Below, piece after piece: positions 45,939 to 56,789 of a DNA stretch of 64,000 nt. How positions within the stretch are numbered: the first letter of the stretch is position 1; every line of letters starts with the position of its first letter. Made by a program: the position numbers and the translations under genes. The notes beneath the pieces were generated by a model that searched no databases, had not been told where the DNA came from, and saw only the letters and a program-made list of their open reading frames with translations. The DNA comes from Alphaproteobacteria bacterium (lineage in GTDB: Bacteria; Pseudomonadota; Alphaproteobacteria; UBA9219; RFNS01): NCBI GenBank assembly GCA_016124955.1, contig WGMR01000007.1:32840-96839 (forward strand), given 5' to 3'.

Positions 45939-47165
45939 ATGTCCGCCGTAACATTCATTAAGTCGAAATTTTCAAGACCAACCCACCCCCTGGTTCGGAA
46001 GTTTTGCCGCGCCATCCAGGATCCCTTCCTTGCGGCCGCAGCCATGGCGTTCCTTCTTCTTTCTCTTTTTGCACCGGCCGCGCATGCGGCTTCGCGCCTC
46101 AAGGATATCGTCGATGTCGATGGCGTGCGCGATAACATGCTGGTCGGCTACGGCCTTGTGGTTGGTCTTAATGGTACCGGCGACAGCCTGACCAATTCGC
46201 CCTTCACCGAAAAAAGCCTGATCGGCATGCTCGAACGTCTCGGCATCAACACCCGCGGCGATAATTTGAAAACCAAGAACGTCGCGGCCGTGATGGTCAC
46301 GGCCACGCTGCCGGCCTTTGCCGCGCAGGGCGGCCGCATCGACGTTGCCGTCTCCACGCTCGGCGACGCCAAGAGCCTTTTGGGCGGCACATTGCTTGTG
46401 ACGCCGCTGCTCGGCGCCGACGGCGAAGTTTACGCGGTCGGGCAGGGCGCGGTTTCGACCGGCAGCGCTTCGGCCGAAGGCGCGGCGGAAACCGTTACCA
46501 AGGGCGTGCCCACATCGGGCCGTATCGCCAACGGCGCGATTGTCGAGCGCGAGATCGATTTCCGGCTCGCCGACCTTAATGTGCTGAAATTCACGCTCAA
46601 GAACCCGGATTTCACCACGGCGCAGCGTATCGCCGCCGCGATCAACGAATATCTGGCGCAGGTCAGCGCCGAGGCGACCGATAACGCCACCGTACGGATC
46701 GTTGTGCCGCAAGACCGCCGCGGCGACCAGATCGCGCTTTTGACCGAACTGGAACAGTTGCAGGTCGTGCCCGACCAGATTGCGCGCGTCGTGATCGACG
46801 ACCAGTCCGGCATAATCGTGATGGGCGAAAATGTTCGTATCAATACGGTCGCGATCGCGCAAGGCAACCTGACCATCCGCATCACCGAAACGCCGCAGGT
46901 CTCGCAGCCGCAGCCTTTCACGCAGGCCGGCCAGGCCGGCGCGCAGGCGGGTGCGATTGGCGCCGTTACCACCGTGGTGCCGCGCAGCAATGTGGAGATC
47001 AATGAAGACGGTGAAAAGCGCATGACCGTGCTCGCTTCGGGTGTGAGCCTGCAGGAACTGGTGCAGAGCCTCAACGCGCTCGGCATCGGTCCGCGCGACA
47101 TGATCTCGATTTTGCAATCGATCAAGGCCGCAGGCGCCCTGCAGGCCGAGCTTGAGGTGATCTGA
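45939..47165 (+). CDS. flgI: flagellar P-ring protein FlgI
   Basis: Signal peptide ...LLLSLFAPAAHAA then SRLKDIVDVDGVRDNMLVGYGLVVGLNGTGD FlgI core; start could alternatively be ATG at 46044. Confidence 0.85.
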   Translation: MSAVTFIKSKFSRPTHPLVRKFCRAIQDPFLAAAAMAFLLLSLFAPAAHAASRLKDIVDVDGVRDNMLVGYGLVVGLNGTGDSLTNSPFTEKSLIGMLERLGINTRGDNLKTKNVAAVMVTATLPAFAAQGGRIDVAVSTLGDAKSLLGGTLLVTPLLGADGEVYAVGQGAVSTGSASAEGAAETVTKGVPTSGRIANGAIVEREIDFRLADLNVLKFTLKNPDFTTAQRIAAAINEYLAQVSAEATDNATVRIVVPQDRRGDQIALLTELEQLQVVPDQIARVVIDDQSGIIVMGENVRINTVAIAQGNLTIRITETPQVSQPQPFTQAGQAGAQAGAIGAVTTVVPRSNVEINEDGEKRMTVLASGVSLQELVQSLNALGIGPRDMISILQSIKAAGALQAELEVI

Positions 47166-47506
47166 TGAGCATCGACGCCATAGGAGCAACCCCGCCGGTT
47201 GATATCGGCATGGTCATGGATCAGGCGCTGGCGCCCGCGGGCAATCTGCGCGGCCATCGCGCCGCCAACATGGCCGAAATTGACAAAGCCGCGCAGGATT
47301 TTGAAGCGATGTTTGCCGCGCAAATGTACGCGCCGATGTGGGAAGGCATTGAAACCGACGGCGATTTCGGCGGCGGCCGCGGCGAAGAAGTGTTCCGCGG
47401 CTTCATGATCCAGGAATTCGGCCGCATGACGGCCCGTTCGGGTACGCTCGGTGTCGCCGACCATGTGAAGGCGACCATGATCGCGATCCAGGAAGGGAAG
47501 CACTAA
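47165..47506 (+). CDS. rod-binding protein (FlgJ N-terminal-domain homologue, CheL-like)
   Basis: AAQDFEAMFAAQMYAPMWEG... rod-binding domain; overlaps flgI stop. Confidence 0.7.
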   Translation: MSIDAIGATPPVDIGMVMDQALAPAGNLRGHRAANMAEIDKAAQDFEAMFAAQMYAPMWEGIETDGDFGGGRGEEVFRGFMIQEFGRMTARSGTLGVADHVKATMIAIQEGKH

Positions 47507-47991
47507 TGGCTGCGCATATTAACCCGTCCGTGAAAATTCCGTCGCGCCAGAAGAAGGCCGAACCGTTGCCGACCGCGCATCTGATCGAAACCATCGACGC
47601 GCTGGTCGATGTGCTCGATGCCGAACCCGCGCTGCTGGCCAAGCGTGCGCTCGAAGACCACAAGGATTTACTGCATCGCAAGCAGCAGCTGATGCTGGAT
47701 TACAACGCCGATCTCAAGGCGCTGGCGCAGACCCCGGCCACGTTCGCTGCGCTGCCCGACAAGGCGCGCACGCAGCTGACCGAAGCCAACAGCAAGCTGA
47801 GCGGCGCGGTGCAACGCAACCAGATGGCGCTGAAGGTCGCGCTGACGGCGACCGAACGGCTGGTGCAAAGCATCATCAAGACCGTGCGCGACGAAGCGCA
47901 GCCCAAGCAATCCTACGCCAATCTGCAGCATCAGGGCGGCGTCGCCTACAAAGCCAGCATCAAGCCCGTCGCCTTCAACCACACCGTTTGA
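47506..47991 (+). CDS. helical flagellar protein (FlbY/FlgN-like)
   Basis: 161-aa all-helical ORF translationally coupled between rod-binding gene and fliK; flgI-cheL-flbY order known in Caulobacter. Confidence 0.4.
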   Translation: MAAHINPSVKIPSRQKKAEPLPTAHLIETIDALVDVLDAEPALLAKRALEDHKDLLHRKQQLMLDYNADLKALAQTPATFAALPDKARTQLTEANSKLSGAVQRNQMALKVALTATERLVQSIIKTVRDEAQPKQSYANLQHQGGVAYKASIKPVAFNHTV

Positions 47992-48017
47992 GACAACACG
48001 AAGCAGGAAAAAAGAAA

Positions 48018-49628
48018 ATGGAAAACAACGCTTCACAGCCCGCCGGGCAAACTTCCCTCTCGCTGCTCGCCGGCGCTTCGGCCGCTGCGTTGCGCCCGGA
48101 AGGCTTCGCGCCGCACGGCGGCTTCGCCGATCTTCTGGCCGCGACCGAGGTCAAGGCCGATGCGCGTCCCGTCCGCGCGCAGGATAACGACCGCGATGAC
48201 GGCCGTGACGCCGCCAAGGCGCAAGACCAGCGCGACGATTTCAATGCCGCCGGCCGCAAGGTGACCGACCAGGACCGCCCGGAAAAGGCCGATCGTGACC
48301 GCACCGCACCGCAGGCCAAGAACCGCCGCGAGGGCATCGATAATCATGGCCAGCAACGCCGCGCCGAAGTGCACGAACGCAACGAGGCCCGCAAGGCCGC
48401 GCATGCGCAGGCGCGCGAAGATGCGCATTGTGCCGTCAAGGAAGACGATAAGGTTGTGACCGATGAAGCGGAAGAGCCCGTCGATATCACGGAAGGCGAA
48501 GAACCGATCGCGCTTGAGGTTGAACTCGCGCTGCTGCCCGAAGAAGGCGAAAAAACCGAAGAAACCACCGGCGAAAACCTGACCGCCTCCGAACAGCCGG
48601 AAGAAGCCGCCAAGCCGCTGCATGAACAGGCGCTGGCGCTGATAAGCGGTCTGTTCCACCGCGAACATCATGCCGGGAAGGAAGAAAACGCCGAGGCGAC
48701 CGTTGTTACCGAGCAGGAAGGGGAAGGCGAAGCTGCGCCCGCGCTTGAGGAAAAGACGGCCGATGCGTCCGAACAAACGGATGCCGCAAAAACGGATGAA
48801 GGCAATAAAGGCAAGAACGCGCAGGGCGAAGGCGAACAGATCGACGCCGGCGCATGGGACGAAATTGCGGGCACGCAGGATGCGGGCGCGAAAAAGGAAA
48901 CCGCGAAAACCGACCGCGCCCGCCCGGCCCCTTCGCCGCATATCGAAGCGGCGGTGAAACAGGATGCCGCGCAGACAACTACGCAGGCCGCCGTGAAGCT
49001 GGCGGATGCGGCGGCACAGATCGAAGCGCTGCGCAACGGCATCCGGCAGCAGGCGCAGGAACATTTGCAGGCAACCCGCAGCGCAGACCCTGCGGCCGCC
49101 AAGATCGACCCCGCCGGCAACCTTGCGGCGGCGGGCCAGAAAACCGGGCCTTATAATATGGCGAGCGAACTTTCGCATCTGCGCGCGACACGCGGCGGCA
49201 CCAGCGGGCTTCCCGCGCCCGTCGAGCAAATCGCGATGCGGCTGCATCTGGGCGCCAAGCAGGGTGCGGACCGGATGACGATACAATTGCGCCCGGCCGA
49301 GCTCGGTCAGGTCGATGTCAAACTGCATTTCAAGGATGGCGCGGTGCGCGGCACCGTTGTGGCCGATAATCAGGCCGCCATGGATTTGCTCCAGAAGGAT
49401 GTCCGGAGCCTCGAGCGCGCGCTGCAGGAGGCGGGCTTGCGCGCCGACCCCGGTTGTCTTGAATTCAGTCTGCGCGATCATTCCGGCAGGCAGGCGCAGC
49501 AAAGTGACAAGAACGCGGGCGGCAACGCCGGCAATGCGGGTGCAGGCCAGGGCGCCGTACCCGCAGACGAGATGGATGGTGCCGAGGTGCAATATATTAC
49601 GCCCGGGCGCGTCAACATTCGCGTCTAG
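48018..49628 (+). CDS. fliK: flagellar hook-length control protein FliK
   Basis: Low-complexity acidic N/central region; C-terminal Flg_hook domain (MTIQLRPAELGQVDVKLHFKDGAVRGTVVADNQAAMDLLQKDVRSLERALQEAGL). Confidence 0.75.
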   Translation: MENNASQPAGQTSLSLLAGASAAALRPEGFAPHGGFADLLAATEVKADARPVRAQDNDRDDGRDAAKAQDQRDDFNAAGRKVTDQDRPEKADRDRTAPQAKNRREGIDNHGQQRRAEVHERNEARKAAHAQAREDAHCAVKEDDKVVTDEAEEPVDITEGEEPIALEVELALLPEEGEKTEETTGENLTASEQPEEAAKPLHEQALALISGLFHREHHAGKEENAEATVVTEQEGEGEAAPALEEKTADASEQTDAAKTDEGNKGKNAQGEGEQIDAGAWDEIAGTQDAGAKKETAKTDRARPAPSPHIEAAVKQDAAQTTTQAAVKLADAAAQIEALRNGIRQQAQEHLQATRSADPAAAKIDPAGNLAAAGQKTGPYNMASELSHLRATRGGTSGLPAPVEQIAMRLHLGAKQGADRMTIQLRPAELGQVDVKLHFKDGAVRGTVVADNQAAMDLLQKDVRSLERALQEAGLRADPGCLEFSLRDHSGRQAQQSDKNAGGNAGNAGAGQGAVPADEMDGAEVQYITPGRVNIRV

Positions 49629-49646
49629 CACGCAAGGAGACAAGTT

Positions 49647-50366
49647 ATGGCCGTCGATGCCGTTAGCAACCAGACCCTGATCAACGACTTCATCACGAAG
49701 CAGGAAGCCGCCGCTGCGGCCGAAGCCGCGTCAAAGAGCAAGGACCTGACCGGCCTGAATGCCGATTATGACACGTTCCTGAAGCTTTTGACCGCACAGC
49801 TCCAGTATCAGGATCCGCTCGCGCCTACAGATGCCAACGAATACACCAAACAGCTTGTAAGCTTTTCCGGCGTCGAACAACAAATCAAGGCCAACCAGAA
49901 ACTCGACCAGTTGATCGGCCTGCAGCAGGGCGGCGCGCTGGGCACCCTGCTTTCCTATATGGATAAGTATGTCGAAGCGGAAAGCGATTATATCCCGCTG
50001 CAGGACGGCAAGGGCCAGGTAGGCTATACGTTGCCGACCGTCGCCAGCGATGTGAAAATCACGATCAAGGACAAGAGCGGCGTGACGGTGGCGACGCTCG
50101 ACGGGCCCGCGACCGTGGGCCGCCATTACGTGACCTGGAACGGCATGAACGGCAACACGCAGCTGCCCGATGGCCGCTACGAGTTCGAAATCACCGCCAA
50201 GGATACCGACAACAAGGATATCCTTCTGAAGGACGTGTTTGTGGTCGGCAAGGTGACCAGCATCGCCAACGTGGAAGATGGCGCGGTTGCGCTGTTCCTC
50301 GGCGATCTCAGCCTGCTCGACACCAAGGTCGCCGCGCTGCACGCCACGCTGCAGCCAAACAGCTAA
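49647..50366 (+). CDS. flgD: flagellar hook capping/scaffold protein FlgD
   Basis: [35 protein letters not shown] conserved FlgD N-domain and C-terminal Ig-like domain. Confidence 0.85.
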   Translation: MAVDAVSNQTLINDFITKQEAAAAAEAASKSKDLTGLNADYDTFLKLLTAQLQYQDPLAPTDANEYTKQLVSFSGVEQQIKANQKLDQLIGLQQGGALGTLLSYMDKYVEAESDYIPLQDGKGQVGYTLPTVASDVKITIKDKSGVTVATLDGPATVGRHYVTWNGMNGNTQLPDGRYEFEITAKDTDNKDILLKDVFVVGKVTSIANVEDGAVALFLGDLSLLDTKVAALHATLQPNS

Positions 50367-50428
50367 CCGAAGCATTCCAAGGTTTTTTGCCGCTTGCGTC
50401 CGCCGCCATGCCCGCTAAACTGCGGCTC

Positions 50429-51865
50429 ATGGCCAGAAGCACAGGAAAAAAGGCGAAAAAACCCGCCCCCAACACGATGTGGGGCGGCCGCTTTACCGTT
50501 CCGCCCGCCGCGGCGATGACCGCGATCAATGCTTCGGTTTCCTTCGATAAACGCCTCGCGGCGCAGGATATCGCCGGCTCGAAGGCGCATGCCGCCATGC
50601 TGGCGAAGAAAAAAATCATCACCGTTTCCGACAATGCCAAGATCCAGCAGGGGCTTGATAAAATCGCGGCCGAGATCCGGGCCGGAGGGTTCGTATTTTC
50701 CGACGCGCTCGAAGACGTTCATATGAATATCGAGGCGCGTTTGGCCGAGCGTATCGGCGAGCCTGCGCGGCGGCTGCACACCGCGCGTTCGCGCAACGAC
50801 CAGGTCGCGACCGCGTTCCGCCTTTGGGTGCGCGAAGCGCTCACGCATTTCGATGCCGCGCTGGAGGATCTGCAAAAGGCGCTGATTGTCCAGGCAGAGC
50901 GAAATGCCGCCACCGCCATGCCCGGCCTGACGCATTTGCAGCCCGCGCAGCCGATCACCTTCGGCCATCATTTGCTGGCTTATGTTGAAATGCTCGGCCG
51001 CGACCGCAGCCGGGCGCAAGCGGCGCGCGCGCGCGGCAACGAATGCCCGCTTGGCGCGGCGGCGCTGGCCGGCACGCCTTTCCCGATCGACCGGGCGATG
51101 ACCGCGAAGGCGCTCGGGTTCGCGGCACCTTGCGCCAATTCGCTTGATGCCGTTTCGGACCGCGATTTCGCGCTCGATTACATCTATTGCGCCGCCGTGA
51201 CGGCGATGCATCTTTCGCGGCTCGCGGAAGAAATGGTGATCTGGTCCTCCCCGCAGTTCGGTTTTGTGCAGCTGCCGGATGCCTGGACCACCGGCAGCTC
51301 GATCATGCCGCAAAAACGCAACCCGGATGCGGCCGAGCTGGTGCGCGGCAAGGCCGGGCGCGTGTTCGGCGCGCTCGGGGGCATGCTGGCGATGCTGAAG
51401 GGCCTGCCGCTCGCTTACAACAAGGATACGCAGGAAGACAAGGAAGGCCTGTTCGATACCGCCGCCACCATCATGCTGTGCCTGACCGCGATGACCGGGA
51501 TGGCGAAGGGCATGAAGGCGGACAAGGCAAGGATGCTGGCCGCGACCGAGCGGGGTTTTTTGACCGCGACCGATCTTGCGGATTGGCTGGTGCGGAAGCT
51601 GAACATGCCGTTCCGCGATGCGCACCATGTCACGGGGCGCGCCGTGAAACTGGCGGAACAGAAAAACCGCAGGCTGGACCAGCTTAAGCTGGCCGATTTG
51701 CGCAAGATCGAGCCGCGCGTTACGGCGGATGTGTTCAAGGCGCTTTCGGTGCAAACAAGTTTGCGGGCCCGCACATCCTTCGGCGGCACCGCACCCGAAA
51801 ATGTGAAAGCGGCGGCAAGGGATGCGCGGCGGAAATATCTTTCCGCCCGGAAGGGCCGGGCATGA
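50429..51865 (+). CDS. argH: argininosuccinate lyase
   Basis: MWGGRF start region, fumarase/aspartase family signature ([12 protein letters not shown]); start codon among several in-frame ATGs uncertain. Confidence 0.9.
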   Translation: MARSTGKKAKKPAPNTMWGGRFTVPPAAAMTAINASVSFDKRLAAQDIAGSKAHAAMLAKKKIITVSDNAKIQQGLDKIAAEIRAGGFVFSDALEDVHMNIEARLAERIGEPARRLHTARSRNDQVATAFRLWVREALTHFDAALEDLQKALIVQAERNAATAMPGLTHLQPAQPITFGHHLLAYVEMLGRDRSRAQAARARGNECPLGAAALAGTPFPIDRAMTAKALGFAAPCANSLDAVSDRDFALDYIYCAAVTAMHLSRLAEEMVIWSSPQFGFVQLPDAWTTGSSIMPQKRNPDAAELVRGKAGRVFGALGGMLAMLKGLPLAYNKDTQEDKEGLFDTAATIMLCLTAMTGMAKGMKADKARMLAATERGFLTATDLADWLVRKLNMPFRDAHHVTGRAVKLAEQKNRRLDQLKLADLRKIEPRVTADVFKALSVQTSLRARTSFGGTAPENVKAAARDARRKYLSARKGRA

Positions 51866-52038
51866 CCGGCAAATTCGTCTTGCCCTGCATTACGCTGCTT
51901 TTGGCCTGCGCGCTTTTGGCCGGTTGCGGCAAACGGCCCGAGGATGTGCTGGCGCCCGAAGGGGCGGAAGCCGGCTGGTACCCGCATACATACCCCGACC
52001 CTACGACCGACCCGGCGGGCGCAGATTTAAAGAAATAA
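51862..52038 (+). CDS. small lipoprotein (58 aa) translationally coupled to argH (LptM-like position)
   Basis: ATG overlaps argH TGA; lipobox LLAGC; below ORF-track size cutoff. Confidence 0.45.
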   Translation: MTGKFVLPCITLLLACALLAGCGKRPEDVLAPEGAEAGWYPHTYPDPTTDPAGADLKK

Positions 52039-52227
52039 TATATATTACAATACCATACATAATTTCCCCCCATGGCTTCGCGCAAAGCGCTGGCCATAAA
52101 AAACCCCCATTCTCCCGTTAAAAACTTGTGAACTTTCGCCGCCTATAACTAAGGTATGGGCGGGGCTTCCGGCCGCGTCGCTGTGATTCCCCCAATTTCC
52201 TTTCAGGCACTTTCGGGCTGCGCATCC

Positions 52228-54711
52228 ATGGCATCAGAACCCAGCAGCAAACAGACAGAAGCCGTTCCCGGCGCCGGGCTTTTGCGCCTCGTCCGGCCGC
52301 TGGTATGGCTGGAACGCGCCTGGCCGGTTTGGTGGAAGTGCGTGCTTTTGTGCGGCGCCTGGGCCGCCGCCGCGCTTGTGCAATTTCATCTATACCTGCC
52401 GCCGTGGCTGCATGCGCTTGCGCTTTTGCTTTTCACGCTTTTGTTTTTATCGACCGCGCGCCGCGCCGCCGCGCGCCACAAACCGCTGACGCAGACGCAA
52501 GTGCAAAGGCGGCTCGAGCAGGCAAATAACTTGCCGCACCGCCCGTTCGACGCCGCGCTCGGTCGTCCGGTGAACGCAAGTCTTTCGCGGGCGCAAACCC
52601 ATGCATGGGCGCGCCACGCCGAAGCGGCCAGGACGCTTCTGGCGGGTTTGCGCCTTTTCCGGCCTACGCTTTCGCTTTCCGGCAAAGACCCGTATGCGCT
52701 GCGTTATGCCGTGTTGTTCCTTTTTCTGGGCGCGCTCGGGGTCGCCGTTGCGGATGGCGGGCCGGGGCAGGCGGCGGCGCGGCTTGCCGGGTCGTTGAAC
52801 CCCGCGATCGGCGGTGCGTTTGTGCCCGAACGGATTGCGTATGATTTATGGATCACGCCGCCGGCCTATACCAAGCTTCCGCCCATCGTGCTTGCGCGCG
52901 CAGGCACCGATGCCGGGCCGGCCGGACCGATGAAGGTTCCCGCCGGCAGCGTGCTGACCGCGCGCGTCAGCGGCAGCGAAAGCGTTCCGCAATTGCGCGC
53001 CAACGGCGCATGGCAGGATTTCGCGGGCAGCGATAATGACGCAAGCGGCGCGCAAACCTATACCGTGAGTGCCGTGCTGGATGAAGGATATGAAGTTGCG
53101 CTGCGCCGCGGCTGGCTTAGCTTCGCGCGCTGGCCGGTGCAGGTGGTGGCAGACCGGGCGCCGACCGTAAGTTTTGCTGCGCCGCCCGAACCGGCCGAGC
53201 ATGGCGCCGTGCGCCTCGATATCGCGCTCGATGACGATTACGGCGTGCAATCACTGCGCGCGATTGTCAGCCCGACCATGAGCATGCCGCATGTGGAGGC
53301 CGACGAGGTGGCGATCGATCTTGCGCCGCCCGCCCCCGGCACGCCGTTGCCGACCCTGCTTTCGAGCGCGCAAGACCTTGCCGCGACCCAGCTTGCAGGC
53401 ATGCCCGTAAGCATAAAGATCGAGGCCACCGATGCCGCCGGGCATAGCGCCGTGAGCGCGCCGGCCACGCTGACGCTGCCCGAACGCACCTTTACCCACC
53501 CGCTCGCGCTCGCGCTCGTGAGCGCGCGCAAGAAGCTGATCGACGGCGGCGACGACAACCGCGAGCCCGTCGCCAACATGATGGCGACGGTGGCGCGCCA
53601 GCCGCACAGCTATGGCGGCGACGAGGTTGTGATGATGGCGCTGCGCAGCGGGGCCGTGCGGCTCGTGCTTGATTACGACCCGGGCGCCATTTCCGCCGTG
53701 ACCACGCTTTTGTGGCAGACCGCGCTGCGGGTCGAGGACGGCGCGCTCGGGCAGGCGGCTGAAAATCTGCGTGCGGCACAAAAGGATTTACAGGAAGCGC
53801 TTGATCGCGGTGCAACCGGCAACGAAATTGCCGCGCTGGCGGACCGGCTGCAGGAAGCGCTGGCGCGGTATCTTTCCGCCATGGCCGGCAGCATGGCGCA
53901 CAGCGCCGCGCAGGGCGGCAGCGATGCGCTGATGATGGACGATGCGGCGCTTATGGGCGCGCAGATGGTGGGCGCGGATCAGCTGATGGCAATGGCGCAG
54001 GAACTCGGCGATCTGGCCGCCACCGGTTCGCACGATGCCGCACGCAAGTTGCTGCAACAGCTCGGGCAGATCACCGAAGCGCTGCAAGCCGGGCGGCACG
54101 GGCTGACGGCGGCGCAGGAAGCGGCACTGGCCGCGCTGCGCAATATCCGGGAAATTATGCAGGGGCAAAAGAAGCTGATCGACGCCACTTTCCATGCCGA
54201 CGGCGAAACCGAGGAAAACGACGAAGACGCCGCCGCGCGCGGCGCGGCGCTGGCCGGAAAACAGTATGCGTTGCGCCACGAGCTTGGCGCGATGATCGAA
54301 GCGCTTGGCGCGCGCGGCGCGCAGATTCCGCAAAACCTGGCGGTCGCGGACCGGGCCATGAACGATGCCGCCGGTTCGCTCGGCGCCGCCGCCTTCAAAC
54401 CCGCGATGGTGGATGAAAACGCCGCGCTGCTGGCCTTGCAGCGCACGCTCGATGACATGCGTGAAGATTTGCAGGCGCAGATGCTGACGTTGCCGGGGCA
54501 GGCGCAGGCGGGCGCGGGCAACAAACGCGACCCGCTCGGGCGCCCGGCTATGGGCGGTACGGCGGTGGATGACGGCTCCGTTACTATTCCCGACCGCCTG
54601 CAGATCAAGCAGGCACGCGAAATTCTCGATCAGCTGCGCGACCGCGCGGGCGACGGCGACCGCAGCCGCGCCGAGCGCGATTATATTCACCGCCTGCTGG
54701 ACCAGTTCTAG
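52228..54711 (+). CDS. DUF4175 / TIGR02302-family membrane protein
   Basis: N-terminal two TM helices (LVWLERAWPVWW...), long Ala/Leu-rich helical C-terminal region; typical alphaproteobacterial neighbour of argH. Confidence 0.55.
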   Translation: MASEPSSKQTEAVPGAGLLRLVRPLVWLERAWPVWWKCVLLCGAWAAAALVQFHLYLPPWLHALALLLFTLLFLSTARRAAARHKPLTQTQVQRRLEQANNLPHRPFDAALGRPVNASLSRAQTHAWARHAEAARTLLAGLRLFRPTLSLSGKDPYALRYAVLFLFLGALGVAVADGGPGQAAARLAGSLNPAIGGAFVPERIAYDLWITPPAYTKLPPIVLARAGTDAGPAGPMKVPAGSVLTARVSGSESVPQLRANGAWQDFAGSDNDASGAQTYTVSAVLDEGYEVALRRGWLSFARWPVQVVADRAPTVSFAAPPEPAEHGAVRLDIALDDDYGVQSLRAIVSPTMSMPHVEADEVAIDLAPPAPGTPLPTLLSSAQDLAATQLAGMPVSIKIEATDAAGHSAVSAPATLTLPERTFTHPLALALVSARKKLIDGGDDNREPVANMMATVARQPHSYGGDEVVMMALRSGAVRLVLDYDPGAISAVTTLLWQTALRVEDGALGQAAENLRAAQKDLQEALDRGATGNEIAALADRLQEALARYLSAMAGSMAHSAAQGGSDALMMDDAALMGAQMVGADQLMAMAQELGDLAATGSHDAARKLLQQLGQITEALQAGRHGLTAAQEAALAALRNIREIMQGQKKLIDATFHADGETEENDEDAAARGAALAGKQYALRHELGAMIEALGARGAQIPQNLAVADRAMNDAAGSLGAAAFKPAMVDENAALLALQRTLDDMREDLQAQMLTLPGQAQAGAGNKRDPLGRPAMGGTAVDDGSVTIPDRLQIKQAREILDQLRDRAGDGDRSRAERDYIHRLLDQF

Positions 54712-54713
54712 CG

Positions 54714-55088
54714 CTAGAAATCGTGCGTATGAATTTCGTCTGCGCCGAAGAAATCCATGATAAGCGCGGCCGCACGTTCCGCATCGAAGCTTTTGCAGGT
54801 GTAGATCACGGCCGAAAAGAATTTCGGGCCGGTCCAGACATAGAGTGAAATGCCGCTATCGATCAGCGGCTGGAACGCATCATAACCCTGGTTATCCGCC
54901 TTGCCTTCGCCGCCCGGCGAAAATATGACGGGTGCGCCATAGGTCCGCAGCTGCATCGCTTGCGTGAAGGCGCTAAAAAACCCGCGCACCCGCACCTCGT
55001 CCATCGCGTCGGTATAATATCCCTCGACCAGCAGCCTTTGGCGCTGCACGTCCGGCGCGATTGCGTGCATGGCGGTTTCCCTCTTCAT
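54714..55088 (-). CDS. S-adenosylmethionine decarboxylase-related small protein (SpeH-like fold)
   Basis: LVEGY...FSPGG...SGISLYVWTGP...AVIYTC pattern parallels class 1 AdoMetDC proenzyme; the canonical ES cleavage dipeptide is DS here. Confidence 0.5.
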   Translation of the reverse strand: MKRETAMHAIAPDVQRQRLLVEGYYTDAMDEVRVRGFFSAFTQAMQLRTYGAPVIFSPGGEGKADNQGYDAFQPLIDSGISLYVWTGPKFFSAVIYTCKSFDAERAAALIMDFFGADEIHTHDF

Positions 55089-55588
55089 GATTTCAGCAAC
55101 ACATCCTTTGCCTGATTGATCTTGCTGGCGATATAGGTGGAACCGCCCTGATCCGGGTGGTTGCGCAGCATCATATTTTTGTGCGCGGCGCGTATGGCTT
55201 CGGCATTTGCGCCCGGCCCAAGCGCAAGGATCGCGAGCGCTTCGGCGCGCGTCATCGCGGTTTGGGGCGGTTCGGGAATTTTCGGCGGCGGCGCGGCGCG
55301 CGGCGGGCCCTGGCTGTGCTGTCTGATCGCCTGCGCCACCAGCTCTTCGCGCCATTTGGCGCGCTCAACCATCCATTGCCGGCCAAGCGCATAAATAAGC
55401 GGAAGCATTGCAACCGAAAAACCGATACTGATGTGCAGCGCAAGCCACGCTATGCCCCCGCCCGCCGCAGCCCAGACGAAGGTTGTAAGCGCGCGCGGCA
55501 GCAAGGGCACGCCCGTGCTAAACACGAACCGCAGAATCAGGAGAAGGACAAGGACGGCGCCGCCGCCCACAAGTATCCAGAAAAACAT
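55085..55588 (-). CDS. DnaJ (J-domain) membrane protein, DjlA-like
   Basis: Two N-terminal TM helices; C-terminal J domain with HPD motif (MLRNHPDQGGS). Confidence 0.65.
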   Translation of the reverse strand: MFFWILVGGGAVLVLLLILRFVFSTGVPLLPRALTTFVWAAAGGGIAWLALHISIGFSVAMLPLIYALGRQWMVERAKWREELVAQAIRQHSQGPPRAAPPPKIPEPPQTAMTRAEALAILALGPGANAEAIRAAHKNMMLRNHPDQGGSTYIASKINQAKDVLLKS

Positions 55589-55657
55589 GACAAGATGGTG
55601 CGCGATTTCGCCATGTCTGGCAATAGAATAGAACCCGGAAAAGCCGGATAGAAGCGC

Positions 55658-55939
55658 CTAGCGCCGCACGCTGCAGCCGCCGAAGGCGATCAACGAACTG
55701 CCGCCGAAACCGGACATGGATGAACGGCATTCGATCTGCGGCTGCGGTTTGTTGGCGCTTATGATCAGCATCAAGGCCACCAGCAACGCGGCCCACACCA
55801 TCACCATCGCGCCGCGCGTCGCCCACATCGCGATTTTTTCCTCGCGCGTGACCTTGGGTTTGTACACGAATGGCTTTACGGGCTGGGTCTTGGCCGGTGC
55901 GCCCGGCCGCGGCCCGTATGTTCCCTGCATGGTTGCCAT
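55658..55939 (-). CDS. small hypothetical membrane protein (93 aa)
   Basis: AAGGGGG SD 9 nt upstream of ATG; one TM helix. Confidence 0.45.
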   Translation of the reverse strand: MATMQGTYGPRPGAPAKTQPVKPFVYKPKVTREEKIAMWATRGAMVMVWAALLVALMLIISANKPQPQIECRSSMSGFGGSSLIAFGGCSVRR

Positions 55940-56281
55940 AACGTTTTCCCCCTTGTTGGCGGTTGCCCGCTCTTCGATTCCCTAAACACAAGGTGCTTAC
56001 TGTTATCTTAATATTATGCCTCAAAATAGTTCAAAAACCCCGAATCATGGAGGGCCATTTTATGCAAATGCCGTACATATTTGTGCCCGCTTCGGCATGG
56101 ATTCCAGCGCTTTAGCCAGCCCGCACATTGCAGTGCAGCGCAGTTGTTGCATGAAAGGGCATGTATTGCGGCTTGTTGACGGGGCAAAAACAGCCGGTAT
56201 GATCGCCGCCAGCGGTTGCAAGACAGGTGCACTACACGCAATGCATCTAAAATTGCAGCATCGGGAGAAAGCCGGTGCGCG

Positions 56282-56368
56282 GCCCCAGTGGTGGAATTGG
56301 TAGACGCGGCAGACTCAAAATCTGCTATCCGCAAGGGTGTGGGGGTTCAAGTCCCTCCTGGGGCACCA
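56282..56368 (+). tRNA. tRNA-Leu (anticodon CAA)
   Basis: Cloverleaf: acceptor GCCCCAG/CTGGGGC, D-arm, anticodon loop CTCAAAA, long variable arm, T-loop GGTTCAAGTCC, discriminator A + CCA encoded. Confidence 0.9.
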
Positions 56369-56412
56369 TCCCGTCCGGACGGGCCATGATCCGGGTTATG
56401 TCGGGGGATACG

Positions 56413-56781
56413 ATGAAAAAGCTTACAGCGATGCTTTCCGTGTTTTTGCTTTGCGGTTGCGCGACGTATCCGGTTTACGGAACCGTAAAGGGCGCGAAGG
56501 CCGAGAGTTTTATCGGTTCCGCCACAACCGCGCTCGGCGGCAATGGCAATATTACAATCACCAGCGATACCGGCGTGAAATGCGAAGGCGAATATTATGC
56601 CCCGTCTTCGTTGACCGGCGCGACCGCCGGGGAAGGAACCTTGAGTTGCGGCAACGGCCTGACGGGGCAATTCAATTTTGCCGGCACGACCTCATCCGGG
56701 CAGGGTTTCGGCACATTGTCGGACGGCAGGAAATTTGAATTTTATTTCGGCCGGGTCAATATCGTGAAAAGCCAGGAATAA
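56413..56781 (+). CDS. hypothetical lipoprotein
   Basis: Lipobox FLLCGC; Gly/Thr-rich beta-type sequence. Confidence 0.55.
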   Translation: MKKLTAMLSVFLLCGCATYPVYGTVKGAKAESFIGSATTALGGNGNITITSDTGVKCEGEYYAPSSLTGATAGEGTLSCGNGLTGQFNFAGTTSSGQGFGTLSDGRKFEFYFGRVNIVKSQE

Positions 56782-56789
56782 GGCGTATT

